A DNA stretch of 64,000 nt from the NCBI GenBank assembly GCA_951406725.2, contig OX597832.1:40052001-40116000 (forward strand). Direction: 5' to 3'. The position numbers and the translations under genes are program-made. Under the pieces are notes generated by a model. It saw only the letters and a program-made list of their open reading frames with translations, made no database searches and was not told the DNA's origin. Each line of letters begins with the position of its first letter. Position 1 is the stretch's first letter. This document shows, in pieces, positions 39,785 through 52,176 of this stretch. Source of the stretch: Octopus vulgaris. Lineage: Eukaryota.

Positions 39785-39997
39785 TATAGATTTATGGAGA
39801 TGTACTTGCATAGCAAGTGACTTGATCTGAGATCATGTGCTGGAACGAAAACAATTGCAGCGTGGAAGGTGTTTATAAGCCATTTAAGAAACACACAAAA
39901 ACCGTTAGATTCATTTCAACATTTAAGTTTAATTTTGTCAAAATATTTTCATTGCTTTGAGACCGCGACCTGTTCACTGACAAACCTCTGTGCTGCA
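39785..39997 (-). mobile_element. Dispersed repeat, probably Penelope-like, with a hammerhead-shaped motif
   Basis: aacaattgcagcgtggaagg...gagaccgcgacct is shared with 43604-43723; see the finding on 39934-39984. Confidence 0.55.
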
Positions 39998-40028
39998 TCA
40001 TGAATATAGAGTCAGTGGGGTTTTTTCC

Positions 40029-40266
40029 CAGTTACAAGAGAAATATATACTCTCTTTTACTCTTTTACTTGTTTCAGTCATTTGATTGCGGCTATGCTGG
40101 AGCACCGCCTTTAGTCGAGCAACTCGACCCCGGGACTTATTCTTTGTAAGCCCAGTACTTATTCTATCGGTCTCTTTTGCCGAACCGCTAAGTAACGGGG
40201 ACATAAACACACCAGCATCGGTTGTCAAGCAATGCTAGGGGGATAAACACAGACACACAAACATAT

Positions 40267-40307
<41 letters not shown>

Positions 40308-40460
40308 TACGACAGGCTTCTTTCAGTTTCCGTCTACCAAATCCACTCACAAGGCATTGGTCAGCCCGAGGCTATAGCAGAAGACACTTGCCCAAGGTGC
40401 CAAGCAGTGGGACTGAACCCGGAACCATGTGGTTGGTTAGCAAGCTACTTACCACACAGC
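40029..40460 (-). mobile_element. Young family-A SINE
   Basis: Reverse complement of the consensus. Confidence 0.93.
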
Positions 40461-41322
40461 CTTGCCTTTTGTTTCAATTAAATTTCAAAATAATGAAGTA
40501 TATTAAAATAACTTTATCATTATTAAACTGGTGTTTGGAACAGATTAACATAGAATTTAAATTTAGATTACTATAAAACAGGCAGTTTGTGTCATGGAAC
40601 CAGGGACAGCCTAGGGGTGGATTGATATCAAAAGGATGTAAGAAAGATGTGTGTTTATTCAGAGTTAGAGCATATTACTGCAAATATGACTATATATGTG
40701 TTCACGGATTCCCATGATTCTCTGCCACCATCCAATTCCATTATTAGGAATTTGAATTGGGAGATTGAGTCATTGTGAATCTCTCATTAGCTGATTACAC
40801 AACCATGGATTCCACTCCTGTGGATGTGTTGCAGTTGTTCTCTTGATAATGCTTGATGATCTTAACCTTTGACCTTCTATGATTCCTCTGCTCAGCATCA
40901 ACATCATAAGCTCAGTTGAGCTCTTCCAATCTGCCATGTCACAGTCCTGTGAATTTGCTGTATCCTTGACAGGGTGGTTGAATGGCTGATGTCCCTTGCC
41001 AAAGAGCAGCTTGTAACTATGTAGGGCACAATCATCACTCCATGAGGTATTTTCAAAATACCCACATTACCTGCTAGGACTATGTATAATGAAGTAATTA
41101 CACTACATCGATTGTTGATGGTACCTATTTGCGGTCCTGGGCACTGATTCATGGTATTCTTAGCCATTTGTTGTTGTAATTATTAAGCCTCAGATTATTC
41201 CTGATGAGATAAGACAATCAAAAATGTCCAAACCAGAACTAACCTGTCTTGGTTAGTGTTTCCTGGACTGCTTTATGCAATCTTTATCTTTCATCTTTTA
41301 CTAGTCTCAGTCATTAGACTGT

Positions 41323-41562
41323 TGTTCCTTCTCAAGCCATGCCAGGCTCATAAGGGCCGGTTTCAGTGGCGTAGAAATTCCCCAGCTGGATGGGATGTCA
41401 GTCCGTCGCAGTGTTACTCATTTTTGCCAGTTGAATGGACTGGAGCAAGGTGAAATGAAGTGTTTTGCTCAAGAACACAACGCATCGCCTGGTCCAGGAA
41501 TTGAAACCACAACCTTACGATCATGTGTTCAACACCTTAGCCACTAAGCCATATGCCTCCAC
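41323..41562 (-). mobile_element. Monomeric family-C SINE inserted in an old family-A copy (about 41283-41870)
   Basis: TSD tagactgt at 41315-41322 and 41563-41570; head gtggaggcatatggcttagtgg. Confidence 0.87.
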
Positions 41563-42873
41563 TAGACTGTGGTCAAGCTGGGCCACTACCTTTGAGAAAT
41601 TTTTGTCAAACCAATCCCTGTACTTTTTTTTAAAGCCTGGTATTTTATTCTGCTGACCTTTTGCCAAACCACTAAGTTATGGGGACATAAACACACCAAC
41701 ACCAGTTGTCAAGTGGTTGTGGGGACCAAAAAAGATACCCACACACACCAGGCTCCTTTCAGTTTCTGTCTACCAAATCCACTCACAAGGCTTAGGTTGG
41801 CTCAAGGTTATAGCAGGAGACACTTTCTCAAGGTGCCATGCAGTGTGACTGAACCCAGATCCATGTGATTGTATTTTAACAGGTCAGCAGTGAAACTATA
41901 GAGGGCCCCTTCATCTGCCATTGTTAAACTGTTGACCAATGTCACTCCCATGTCAGAAATAACCAATCAAAAATTTTAAAAACCGGTTTCTTTTTGGAAA
42001 GTTACTTACTGGACTTTATATAATCTTCACCACCTTCATTTAACATATATCTTCTCTGCTGGCATGGGGTTGGATGGTTTGAGAACATTTGAGAAACTGA
42101 AGGACTGTGTTGAGTTCCATTGCCTGCTTTGAAGTGGTTCTGTGGCTGGAAGCTCTTCTCAAGCACTAACGGTTGAGTGTACTGGGTTCTTTTTCTATGA
42201 CACTGGCACCATTTGAAGTCTCCAAGTAACTTACAAGAAAGAGAACTGAATGCACACACATGTATACGTATGCAAATCAATGCCTTGTGTTTATGAATGT
42301 GCATGTGATGCAGGTACCAAAAGAACGTTGACAGAAGACTTCACTAAAAGAACTGTACTAATGGAGGGGGAGGTAGCTTTGTGCCAGGTATCGAGAGGCA
42401 CAAGTATGATAGAAGGACAGGTGTCTTGCTACATGGCTACCTGGTATTATATAGGAAGGGGTGGTATTTGCTGGAAATCAGATAAAGATGTTGGTGATAA
42501 TACATCAATATTCTCTCCAGGTGCGAAAAGGTGTATATTTGAGAGATTGCAGACTGAATATGGGGAGGTGTGGGTAGGTGAGTTCATTGGAGTGTGGGTA
42601 GGTAGGTGGAAAGTGGTTAGAGATGGTGGGGTAGAGGTTAATGTAGTGAATGTAGACGGGGTGGAGATGTGGTCAGTGGCAAACATTAGTTTAGGAGAGG
42701 GGGTAAAAGAAACAGCTCATACAAGTGGCAAGTGGTAGTAACAAGAAGAGTGGAGAGCAGCAGCAGTAGAATAAACCTGTAGATAAATCAGAAAATAGGG
42801 AGATGATGTGCTGGTTGGGAGAGTGGGAGAGAGAGAGAGAGAAATGTTCCAGGGCTGAGATGAAGATCAGAGA

Positions 42874-43236
42874 GTATTTCGTCTGCCTCTACGTTCTGAA
42901 TTCAAATTCCGCCGAGGTCAACTTTGCCTTTCATCCTTTTGGGGGTCGATAAATTAAGTACCAGTCACGCACTGGGGTCGATGTAATCGACTTAATTCGT
43001 TTGTCTGTCCTTGTTGTTTAGCCCCTTGTGGGTTTAAAGAAATAGGTATTTCGTCTGCCGTTACGTTCTGAGTTCAAATTCCGCCGAGGTCAACTTTGCC
43101 TTTCATCCTTTTGGGGGTCGATAAATTAAGTACCAGTTACGCACTGGGGTCGATACAATCGACTTAATCCATTTGTCTGTCCTTGTTTGTTCCCTCTGTG
43201 TTTAGCCCCTTGTGGGTAGTAAAGAAATTGGTATTT
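42874..43236 (+). mobile_element. Headless family-B double body
   Basis: Two tandem gtatttcgtctgcc...aaagaaat units share a private variant (catccttttgggggtcg). Confidence 0.88.
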
Positions 43237-43603
43237 AGTGATGGCTATTAGCAAGAGAGATAGCATTGATAGATATCAGAGGGTATTGAGAGTGATTGCA
43301 AATATGAGGGGGTGGGCAAATGGGTAACTTTTTTTTTCTATTATGAAATTCTCACATGGAAAGAAATGTAGAATACAGACCCAATCCAAATAGATATAAC
43401 CGTAGTATTTGACTTAATTTCAAAGTATTTATTTCTTTATTGCCCACAAGGGGCTAAACACAGAAGGGACAAACAAAGGGAATAAGTCGATTGCATCAAC
43501 CCCAGTGCGTAACTGGTACTTATTTTATCGACCCCGAAAAGATGAAATGTAAAGTCAACCTCGTAGTGTTGTTAGTAACATTAACCAATTAACTTAGTAC
43601 TCT

Positions 43604-43723
43604 AACAATTGCAGCGTGGAAGGTGTTTATAAGCCATTTAAGAAACACACAAAACCGTTAGATTCACTTCAACATTTAAATTTCATTTGTCAAAATACTT
43701 TCGTCGCTTTGAGACCGCGACCT
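43604..43723 (-). mobile_element. Truncated second copy of the 39785-39997 repeat
   Basis: Direct similarity over about 120 bp. Confidence 0.75.
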
Positions 43724-43812
43724 AACATTTTTACGAAACACCAATAATGAATGGAAGGTGTTAAATCATAAAGAAATTCAAAAGTAATTCCTCAGAAATG
43801 TCTAGGCACTGC

Positions 43813-44042
43813 TTAACCCATTAGCATTTAAACCCGCCATATCCGGCCAGAAGTATCCTGCCTGTTTTATGTTCAAACTGGCCAGATCTGGTCTCTCACA
43901 CCAACCCTACAATATCGTTTTAAAAATTAACAGCTACCTCATCAAAATCTCATAGCTACAAGATTAATGCAGGATTAATTCAAAACAATGTAGATGAAGA
44001 AGCATTAATTTTGGCAGAATAATGTGAACACTAAAGGGTTAA
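43813..44042. mobile_element. piggyBac-type MITE P1
   Basis: ttaa-cccattagcatt...aacactaaaggg-ttaa. Confidence 0.87.
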
Positions 44043-44944
44043 AGCAGCACAGATCTCTGGAAAGATTTAGTTTCTTCAAGACTTGAACATGAAAACATCT
44101 GATCCTTGTGCTGCTGTGACCTTCTCTGGAACATGTTCAATATCAAAATCCATTCTGTTGGTGGAGCAAGCAATAGAATACTTCTAATAATTCTACTATT
44201 GAGTAAAAATCAACCAGTTTTTCTCAGACAGATTTATTTTCAGAAGAGAAAAATATGGAAATGTCATACTTGAAACTCCCTGGGGTCGTCTCTTAGGCTG
44301 GAGGGGTTGGGGGACCTGTGTTGTACTCCAACTGTTCATATAAATAAGGGCACGACTAGAGTTTCATTTCATTGCCCCTCCCTGTCAGATGGTTGCTACC
44401 ATTCATTGTGTTACAGCTGTTACTCAGTGTCACTACTACCACCGTCACCCCTACACCCTGCGGCCCCTTATTTAGTTGCTAGCCAATGACCTCGACTTTG
44501 TCATTAGCACCACATGTAATTAACATTATCACCACCACCACCACCACTCATTACATCCATTACTCCAGAGTATGTTATGAGGTTACCCAGGCAACAGCGT
44601 AGCATCGTCATTAGCACCTCATATATTAACGAAGCCACCACCGCCACCACCACCACCGCCACCACCGCCACCGCCACCACCACCACACTTGTGAGTCTGT
44701 AATGTAGTCCCCCAGGAAACTTCAATAAAATTGTCATTTGCACCACATGTATTTCGCAACATGTCCCATATCCCGACATATTTCACCTCGAGAGGTTAGG
44801 AGCAAGCACTAATTTGAGCTGCTGGTTGATACAGAAACATGTGTCTGTCGGGTAGGAGCTTTTAGGGCGGGGGTGGGGGTTCAGTCGAAACTCTTGTTTT
44901 TTTCATTCTAAGTTTTTTTTTTACATATGACCTCAAAACAGCAT

Positions 44945-45290
44945 TCCTCCTCCTCCTCCTCATCATCATATCATCATCATCATCATCATTATCATCATTA
45001 TCATTATTATTATTATCATCATTATTATTATTATCATTATTATTATTATCATTATTATCATTATTATTATCATCATTATTATTATTATCATTATTATTAT
45101 TATCATTATTATCATTATTATTATCATCATTATTATTATTATCATTATTATTATTATCATTATTATCATTATTATTATTATCATTATTATCATTATTATT
45201 ATCATCATTATTATTATTATCATTATTATTATTATCATTATTATCATTATTATTATTATCATTATTATCATTATTATTATTATTATTATT
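44945..45290. repeat. (TCC)(ATC)(ATT)n compound microsatellite expanded from a SINE tail
   Basis: The array adjoins the 3' end of a minus-strand SINE at about 45291-45625. Confidence 0.95.
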
Positions 45291-45653
45291 GGTTAACATC
45301 CACTTTTCTGTACTTGCATGGGGTCAGACAGAATTTGTTGAGGAAGATTTTCTAATACTGAATGCCCTTCTTGTCGCCAAACCTCACCAGTTTCCAAGGA
45401 GGGTAATAAATATCTCCCCATGGCCAGACATGTTTTTCACAGAAGACTGGAAATAAACAACCCCACTTGTATGACAGTGATGCTTGTTTACAACCATGAT
45501 GTCCAGACAAAGATATATATATACACACACACACGCATGCTATAATGGGCGTCTTTCAGTTTCCATCTACCAAATCCACTCACAAAGCTTTGGTCAGCCT
45601 GGTGCAATAGTAAAAGACACTTGCTGAATATGTTAGTTTCACATTGATGGTTA

Positions 45654-45864
45654 TACTCTTTACTCTTTTACCTGTTTCAGTCATTTGACTGTGGCCATGC
45701 TGGAGCACCGCCTTTAATCGAGCAACTCGACCCCGGGACTTATTCTTTTGTAAGCCCAGTACTTATTCTATCGGTCTCTTTTGCCGAACCGCTAAGTAAC
45801 GGGGACATAAACACACCAGCATCGGTTGTCAAGCAATGCTAGGGGGACAAACACAGACACACAA

Positions 45865-45918
<54 letters not shown>

Positions 45919-46076
45919 GACGGGCTTCTTTCAGTTTCCGTCTACCAAATCCACTCAAGGCTTTGGTCGGCCCGAGGCTATAGTAGAAGACACTTGCCCA
46001 AGGTGCCACGCAGTGGGACTGAACCCGGAACCATGTGGTTGGTAAACAAGCTACTTACCACACAGCTACTCCTGCG
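45654..46076 (-). mobile_element. Young family-A SINE
   Basis: Near consensus. Confidence 0.93.
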
Positions 46077-46292
46077 ATATGGGTATAAATTATTCAAGTA
46101 ATAGAAAAAGAAAACAGAGAAACTGATGCATAAACATCAATTTAATTTAATTCCTCAAACTGAATTCATTGGGCATCGAAACAGCTGTAGGAGCAAAGAA
46201 TTTGATATTGTACAGGACTGAATATGCTCTTCTCACTAAGGTATAAGCCACCACCTCTTCATAGAACACCCCATGTATTTTACATGTGTCAC

Positions 46293-46730
46293 AGGCACAG
46301 ATGTGACTGTGTGGCTAAGACGTTTGCTTCCTAACCAGTGGTCTCAGTTTCAATTGCATGGTGCAGCACCTTGGGCAAGTGTCTTCTACTATAGCCTTGT
46401 GCTGACCAAAGTTTGTTAGTGACCAGAAACTGAAAGAAGCCTGTTGTACTCATGTATATGTTTGAGTGTCTGCATGTTTGTATATATATATCTTTTTGCT
46501 TTGACATCATGTGATGGTTCTAAATAAACATCTTCATCATGCAAGTGATGTTGTTCATTTCTGATCTTTGATAAAAAAACATGTCTGGTCATGGGGAAAA
46601 TATTACTTTGCTTGGGAACAGGTGATAGTTGGTGATAGGAAGAGCACCCAGGCATTGAAAATATGCCTCAATAAACATCATCTGATCCATTGCAAACATG
46701 GAAAAGTGGACATTAAATGATGATGATGAT
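46293..46730 (+). mobile_element. Old SINE with a CORE-like head, Nin-like module and (GAT)n tail
   Basis: The family-A head is joined to the alternative tail; the same layout is seen at 49720-50113. Confidence 0.8.
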
Positions 46731-46894
46731 ATCAAGTTCTTTTATCTCATGACTTAGGAGCAGGCACAAATGTGGGTTAGTGTTAGTGGTTGGCTCACGG
46801 TATGTGGTTGAGGTCTTTGTTAAAACTTTGTGTAAAGTTTTTCACTTTGTGACCTCTTCAAAACAGCTCTCCGTCTCTCTCTCTATATATATAT

Positions 46895-47125
46895 AATTCT
46901 TTATTACCCACAAGGGGCTAAACATAGAGGGGACAAACAAGGACAGACAAAGGTATTAAGTCGATTACATCGAGCCCAGTGCGTAACTGGTACTTTATTT
47001 ATCGACCCCGAAGGGATGAAAGGCAAAGTCAACCTTGGCGGAATTTGAACTCACAACGTAACGACAGATGAAATACGTCTACACATTTCACCTGGCCTGC
47101 TAATGTTTCTGCCAGCTTGCCGCCT
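46895..47125 (-). mobile_element. Family-B SINE
   Basis: Full length, reverse orientation. Confidence 0.9.
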
Positions 47126-47143
47126 ACTGTATATATGTGTGTA

Positions 47144-47200
<57 letters not shown>

Positions 47201-47699
47201 ATATATTTAATCAAAATCAGCAATTATGTTTTAGTTCTCTCATTAATTAGTCTATGATCATTACGACTGTCATCAGTTGCTATCATCATTTTTTCTTATA
47301 TATCTATCTATCTATATATATATATGTGTGTGTGTGTGTGTCTGTGTGTGTGTGTATTTATTAATTTACTTTTGTGTGGAATATTGTTTTCTATTTCAGT
47401 GACATTAAACAAGTTTGGTTTGTTACAATTCTCCCAACAACTTATTCTAAAGAGGGATGGGCAAACAAATATAACAACAACAACCACAACAAAAACGAAT
47501 TTAATTTAAATTAAATAATATCTTAAATAATTGATTTACATTGAAGCTAATGACAATTAGAAAGTGAAAATCAGCTTGGTAGTTTGGTTTGACAAAGCGG
47601 ACAAGATAATTTAGTACAATTGTTTTTTAGTTTTTTTTGGCTATGCTATTAATTAAAAAATGGCTCCAGAGAGATATGTTTTTTGATATTTGTGTAGCT

Positions 47700-47733
<34 letters not shown>

Positions 47734-48099
47734 TATATTTCAGTTGATATCTATAGATCAATGATGGTTTTATTTATATATTTCTTTTGAAAAATTATTC
47801 TTGCAGTATTGGCAATAGCAATTATGAACAATTTTTGAATTGTTAAAATCAATTTATGAAAAGCAGTGTATTTGCATGTCATCAGATTCCATCCTTCAAA
47901 TGTGCATTCTGCTTTTCTCGACTCAAATGTGAACTGCATCAAGTGCATTGTGATACAATTGCATATGAGTGCATTTCGCTGCACACAGTCTGCATTTATA
48001 AGTTGATTTAACTCAATACTGGTTGACATTATGTACATGAATGTTGGAGAGTATAATCCATAGATAACTTCTGGATGACAATATTATAATGTAATAATC

Positions 48100-48515
48100 G
48101 GATCTTTTCGGTTTGAATGGCAGTTTTTTCTAGCGGTGTCATATGAAATTGTCACCCATAATTATGACCCTAGTATCGATCTATTGCTTTTCAGTCTGTT
48201 TTAGGGTTACGGTTAGGGGTGGGGGAAGGGTATCTTTTTTCTCTTCACAAATGTAAATAAACCCAATCTGTTTCTTAAAGGAGGGACATATTCATACGGC
48301 ACAGAATGCTTTCACCTCAATAGACGTCATTGATTGGCTGAAATTGCCGAAATGCAAGAAATTAAAGACGAAATATGTTACAAACTATAGAATTTTCTCA
48401 ATAAAGCCAAGAAAAAAAGATGTTTTGTAAACACATTCCACCAGTATACGAAGTTTAAAATTTTTTAGTTACCTAGAAATTATGTTAAAAACTGCCGTTC
48501 AAACCGAAAAGATCC
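48100..48515. mobile_element. Non-autonomous DNA transposon, GGATC-ended, 8-bp TSD (Merlin- or Zisupton-like; superfamily uncertain)
   Basis: TIRs ggatcttttcggtttgaatggcagttttt / aaaaactgccgttcaaaccgaaaagatcc. Perfect TSD taataatc at 48092-48099 and 48516-48523. Confidence 0.92.
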
Positions 48516-49125
48516 TAATAATCTCTATATAATATCAATGTAATAATTCTGTCTAATAAAAGGCCTGAAGTTTTAGTAGAGGAAGTAGTCATATTGATCC
48601 CAGTACTTGACTGGTACTAATTTTATTGACCCCAGAAGATGGACAAAGCCGGCCTCAGCAGCATTTGAATTCAGATTCAGGCTGTAAAGTCAGAACAAAT
48701 GCTGCCAAGTCTTTTGCCCAGTGCAGTAACAATCTTGGATGGATTCTTACTCCGTTGTTTACGACAAGTGTTCCAGTCAGTCTGATTGATGGAACAGCTT
48801 GCTTGTGGAATTAACGTGCAAGTGGCTGAGTACTCCACAGACACACGTACCCTTAATGTAGTTCTTGGGGAGATTCAGTGTGACACAGAATGCAACAAGG
48901 TACTGTTCATTTTGGCCGGCTGAGTGGACTGGAGCAACGTGAAATAAAGTGTCTTGCTCAAGGACTCAACTCACTGCCAGGAATTGAACGCATGACCTTA
49001 CGATCGTGAGTCAAATACTCTAACCACACACCTGCCAGCTCACCCTCTTAATGACTAAGTAACTATGAAAAGGCCCCAGATTTGAGAGATAGCTATAGTT
49101 GATTAAATGGTATCTAGTTTTTCAA

Positions 49126-49358
49126 AAGGCGGTGAGCTGGCAGAAGCGTTAGCACGCCGGGAGAAATGCTTCGCGGTATTTCGTCTGCTGCTACGTTCTG
49201 AGTTCAAATTCCGCTGAGGTTGACTTTGCCTTTCATCCTTTCGGGGTCGATTAAATAAGTACCAGTTACGCACTGGGGTCGATGTAATCGACTTAATCCG
49301 TTTGTCTGTCCTTGTTTGTTCCTTCTGTGTTTAGCCCCTTGTGGGCAGTAAAGAAATA
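49126..49358 (+). mobile_element. Young monomeric family-B SINE
   Basis: 17-bp TSD ggtatctagtttttcaa at 49109-49125 and 49359-49375. Confidence 0.94.
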
Positions 49359-50461
49359 GGTATCTAGTTTTTCAACTGTGGAAGGATGGAAGCTGAAGTC
49401 AACCATGCCAGGATTTAAAGGAAGGGATGACTAAATAATACAAGGCATTTTGCTTGTTGCTCTACCTATCCTACCTAACACTGCTGTATTATGTTTACAG
49501 TTCTGTTGACTTTCCCCGTGCTCCACTGCATGTTGTTTGATGCTCTGCCTCTTCTTCCGTTCACCACAGTTAGAATAATCACTGAGGGGCCACAGATTTT
49601 AGGGGAGAGTATAATGGGTCATATCACAATTCAATAGTACTTAACTGGTTTTTATTTTATCAACCCCACTGGAAAGATGAAAGGCAAAGTCAGCTGTAGT
49701 AGAATTTGAAAACATTGTATTTCCCAACCACATGGTTTTGAGTTCAGTCTCATCATGTGGCACCTTGGGCAAGTGTCTTCTACTATAATCCTGGGTCAAC
49801 CAAAGCCTTGTGAGTGGATTTGGTAGGTGGAAACTGAAAGAATACCATGGTGTGTGTGTATGTAACTGTCTCTTTGCCTTGACTTCATGTCATAGTTGTA
49901 AACAAGTGCCACTGTCCTACAAGCAGTGTCTTTCGTTTCCAATCTTTCATGAAAATATGTCTGGCCATGGGGGAAATATTGCATTACTTGGAAACAGTAA
50001 GGTGACAAAAAAAGGCACCCAGCCATAGAAAATCTGCCCCTACAATGTCTCTATTCAACTCATGTCAGTGCGGTAAAGTGGATGTTAAAACGACGACGAC
50101 GATGATGATGATGAAAGTCTGTGGTTACCACCAACTCCACCTCCACCATCATCTCCTGTCATGTCCATAGTGTAGTTCTAGAACCACTTCTCACATGTGG
50201 GTTATGTGCTGCCAGCACTGACATACGTAAACACCTTTTAATTAGAGAGGCTCAGTTTTCCTGCCAACTGCTTTAGTTGCAGCCCAGCCTGCATGCAGTT
50301 GCATTGTGTGCAGCAGGATTGCTCTCTTCGCTGCAAACATCTATGACAAAGTGAACAACACATATATATATTTGATTTGATGTGTGTGTATATAATAACT
50401 GACGTGCGTTATATATTCAACCCACTTGGCACATTACTTCTGCTAGAATAATCCACTCTGC

Positions 50462-50462
50462 A

Positions 50463-50497
<35 letters not shown>

Positions 50498-50655
50498 GTT
50501 TATCTATCTATCTATCTATCTATCTGTCTACCTACCTATCTATATATCTACCTATCTACCTATCTGTCTATCTACCTATCTGTCTATCTATCTATCTGTC
50601 TATCTACCTATCTGTCTATCTACCTATCTGTCTATCTACCTATCTATCTATCTAC

Positions 50656-50698
<43 letters not shown>

Positions 50699-50847
50699 CC
50701 TATCTGTCTATCTACCTACCTATCTGTCTATCTACCTACCTATCTGTCTATCTACCTACCTATCTGTCTATCTATCTATCTGTCTATCTACCTATCTGTC
50801 TATCTACTTATCTGTCTATCTACCTATCTGTCTACCTACCTACCTAC

Positions 50848-50933
<86 letters not shown>

Positions 50934-50972
50934 CTCACCATCTATCTGCTTATATATCTATCTATCTATCTA
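50462..50972. repeat. (ATCT/ACCT/GTCT)n tetranucleotide array
   Basis: Directly visible, about 500 bp. Confidence 0.97.
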
Positions 50973-51654
50973 AATTCTACCCCCACTTTTTTTCTATCCT
51001 TCCCAAAAAGAAAGGCTCTACTTTGTATTTTGTCCCCTCTGTGTTCAGCCCTGTGTGGCTAATAAACAAACATATCCATCCATCCATCCATCCCCTGCTT
51101 TGTGAAATCCGATCAGTTCCATGAAATAAACTGACACTTCATTGTCGCTGAAAGAGAATCGGTTTTTTGTTGTTGTTCAGCTCCAGCTCAATCCTGATTC
51201 CATCGGGTCTGTCTGTGATCAATCCATCCTGGGCGTCGATATCCGTCCTCCTTTTTTATAATGATCAAGGATCATCATGTCTGATGTGTCCTGCCTTTAC
51301 TGCAAGCTGTAGGGGTGTTATTCCAGGTATATCTGACAGCTATTTCTAACAAGCGGAGCGACCACATAGCAGCCCTGTTTGGCAGGTATTGAAATCTGAA
51401 ACATGACTCAGACGTGAGTCATCCGCTCCTCCTCCCCCCAAATTTACGTTGGAGTTATCTCTCTTGATTGGGTGTTCTTAATTTTCAAACACTTCTGAGG
51501 GAGAATTTGTCCAATAATTGCATGGATAATCTCAATGAATCGAAGTTTTCCAACCCTCCGTGTAATAATTACATAGGTGAGATACACACAGTCTGTCATT
51601 TCAGCTTGTTTATAAAGTTAGAGATTCTTTTGTGTTAGAAAACATCTGTTTTAT

Positions 51655-51740
51655 CGCTCTCTCTCTCTCCCTCCCATAACTACCTTTTCTTTCTTTACTT
51701 CTCTCTCCCCCTCCCATACTCCCTCTGCTTTCTTTACTTC

Positions 51741-51779
<39 letters not shown>

Positions 51780-52010
51780 ACCTCTCCTTACTTCGTTCTC
51801 TTACCACCACGGTCTTTGTTCTTCCGTACACCCCTCACTTGTCTTTGTTCTCTCTCTCTTCTTTCACATTTTCTTCCCTCTCCCTCCTCCTCTCCCTCTC
51901 TCTCTTCTTTCTACTCTTTGTCACCTCCCCTTCTCTCTTTCTCTCACCATCTGTCTCCTCCTCCTCCTCCTCCTCCAATCCTCTCCCTCCTCCTTCCCGC
52001 ACTCCACCTT
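51655..52010. repeat. Polypyrimidine (CT-rich) tract
   Basis: Directly visible. Confidence 0.9.
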
Positions 52011-52145
52011 ACAATATGACAGTTTAACTATTGTAAACAACAACGATGAGTAATTTTGTGTGTGTGTATTAAATACTGCTTCTTCTGTCGCTAAATGTGT
52101 GTGTATATAGGGTGTGTGAGTGAGTGTGTACGCACACACACACAT

Positions 52146-52176
<31 letters not shown>

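Noticed and set aside
42250-42738. 162-codon ORF
   Set aside because: It starts in a SINE relic, runs through purine-rich low-complexity sequence and has no recognisable domain.
46152-46193. CTGAATT...CGAAACAGCTGTAG hammerhead-like motif
   Set aside because: It shares the GAAACAGCTGTA half with the 29.9-kb relic, but the core and stem II cannot be formed.
47671-47694. Resemblance to miR-190 (agatatgttt...)
   Set aside because: Only the 5' part matches and no complementary arm is present.
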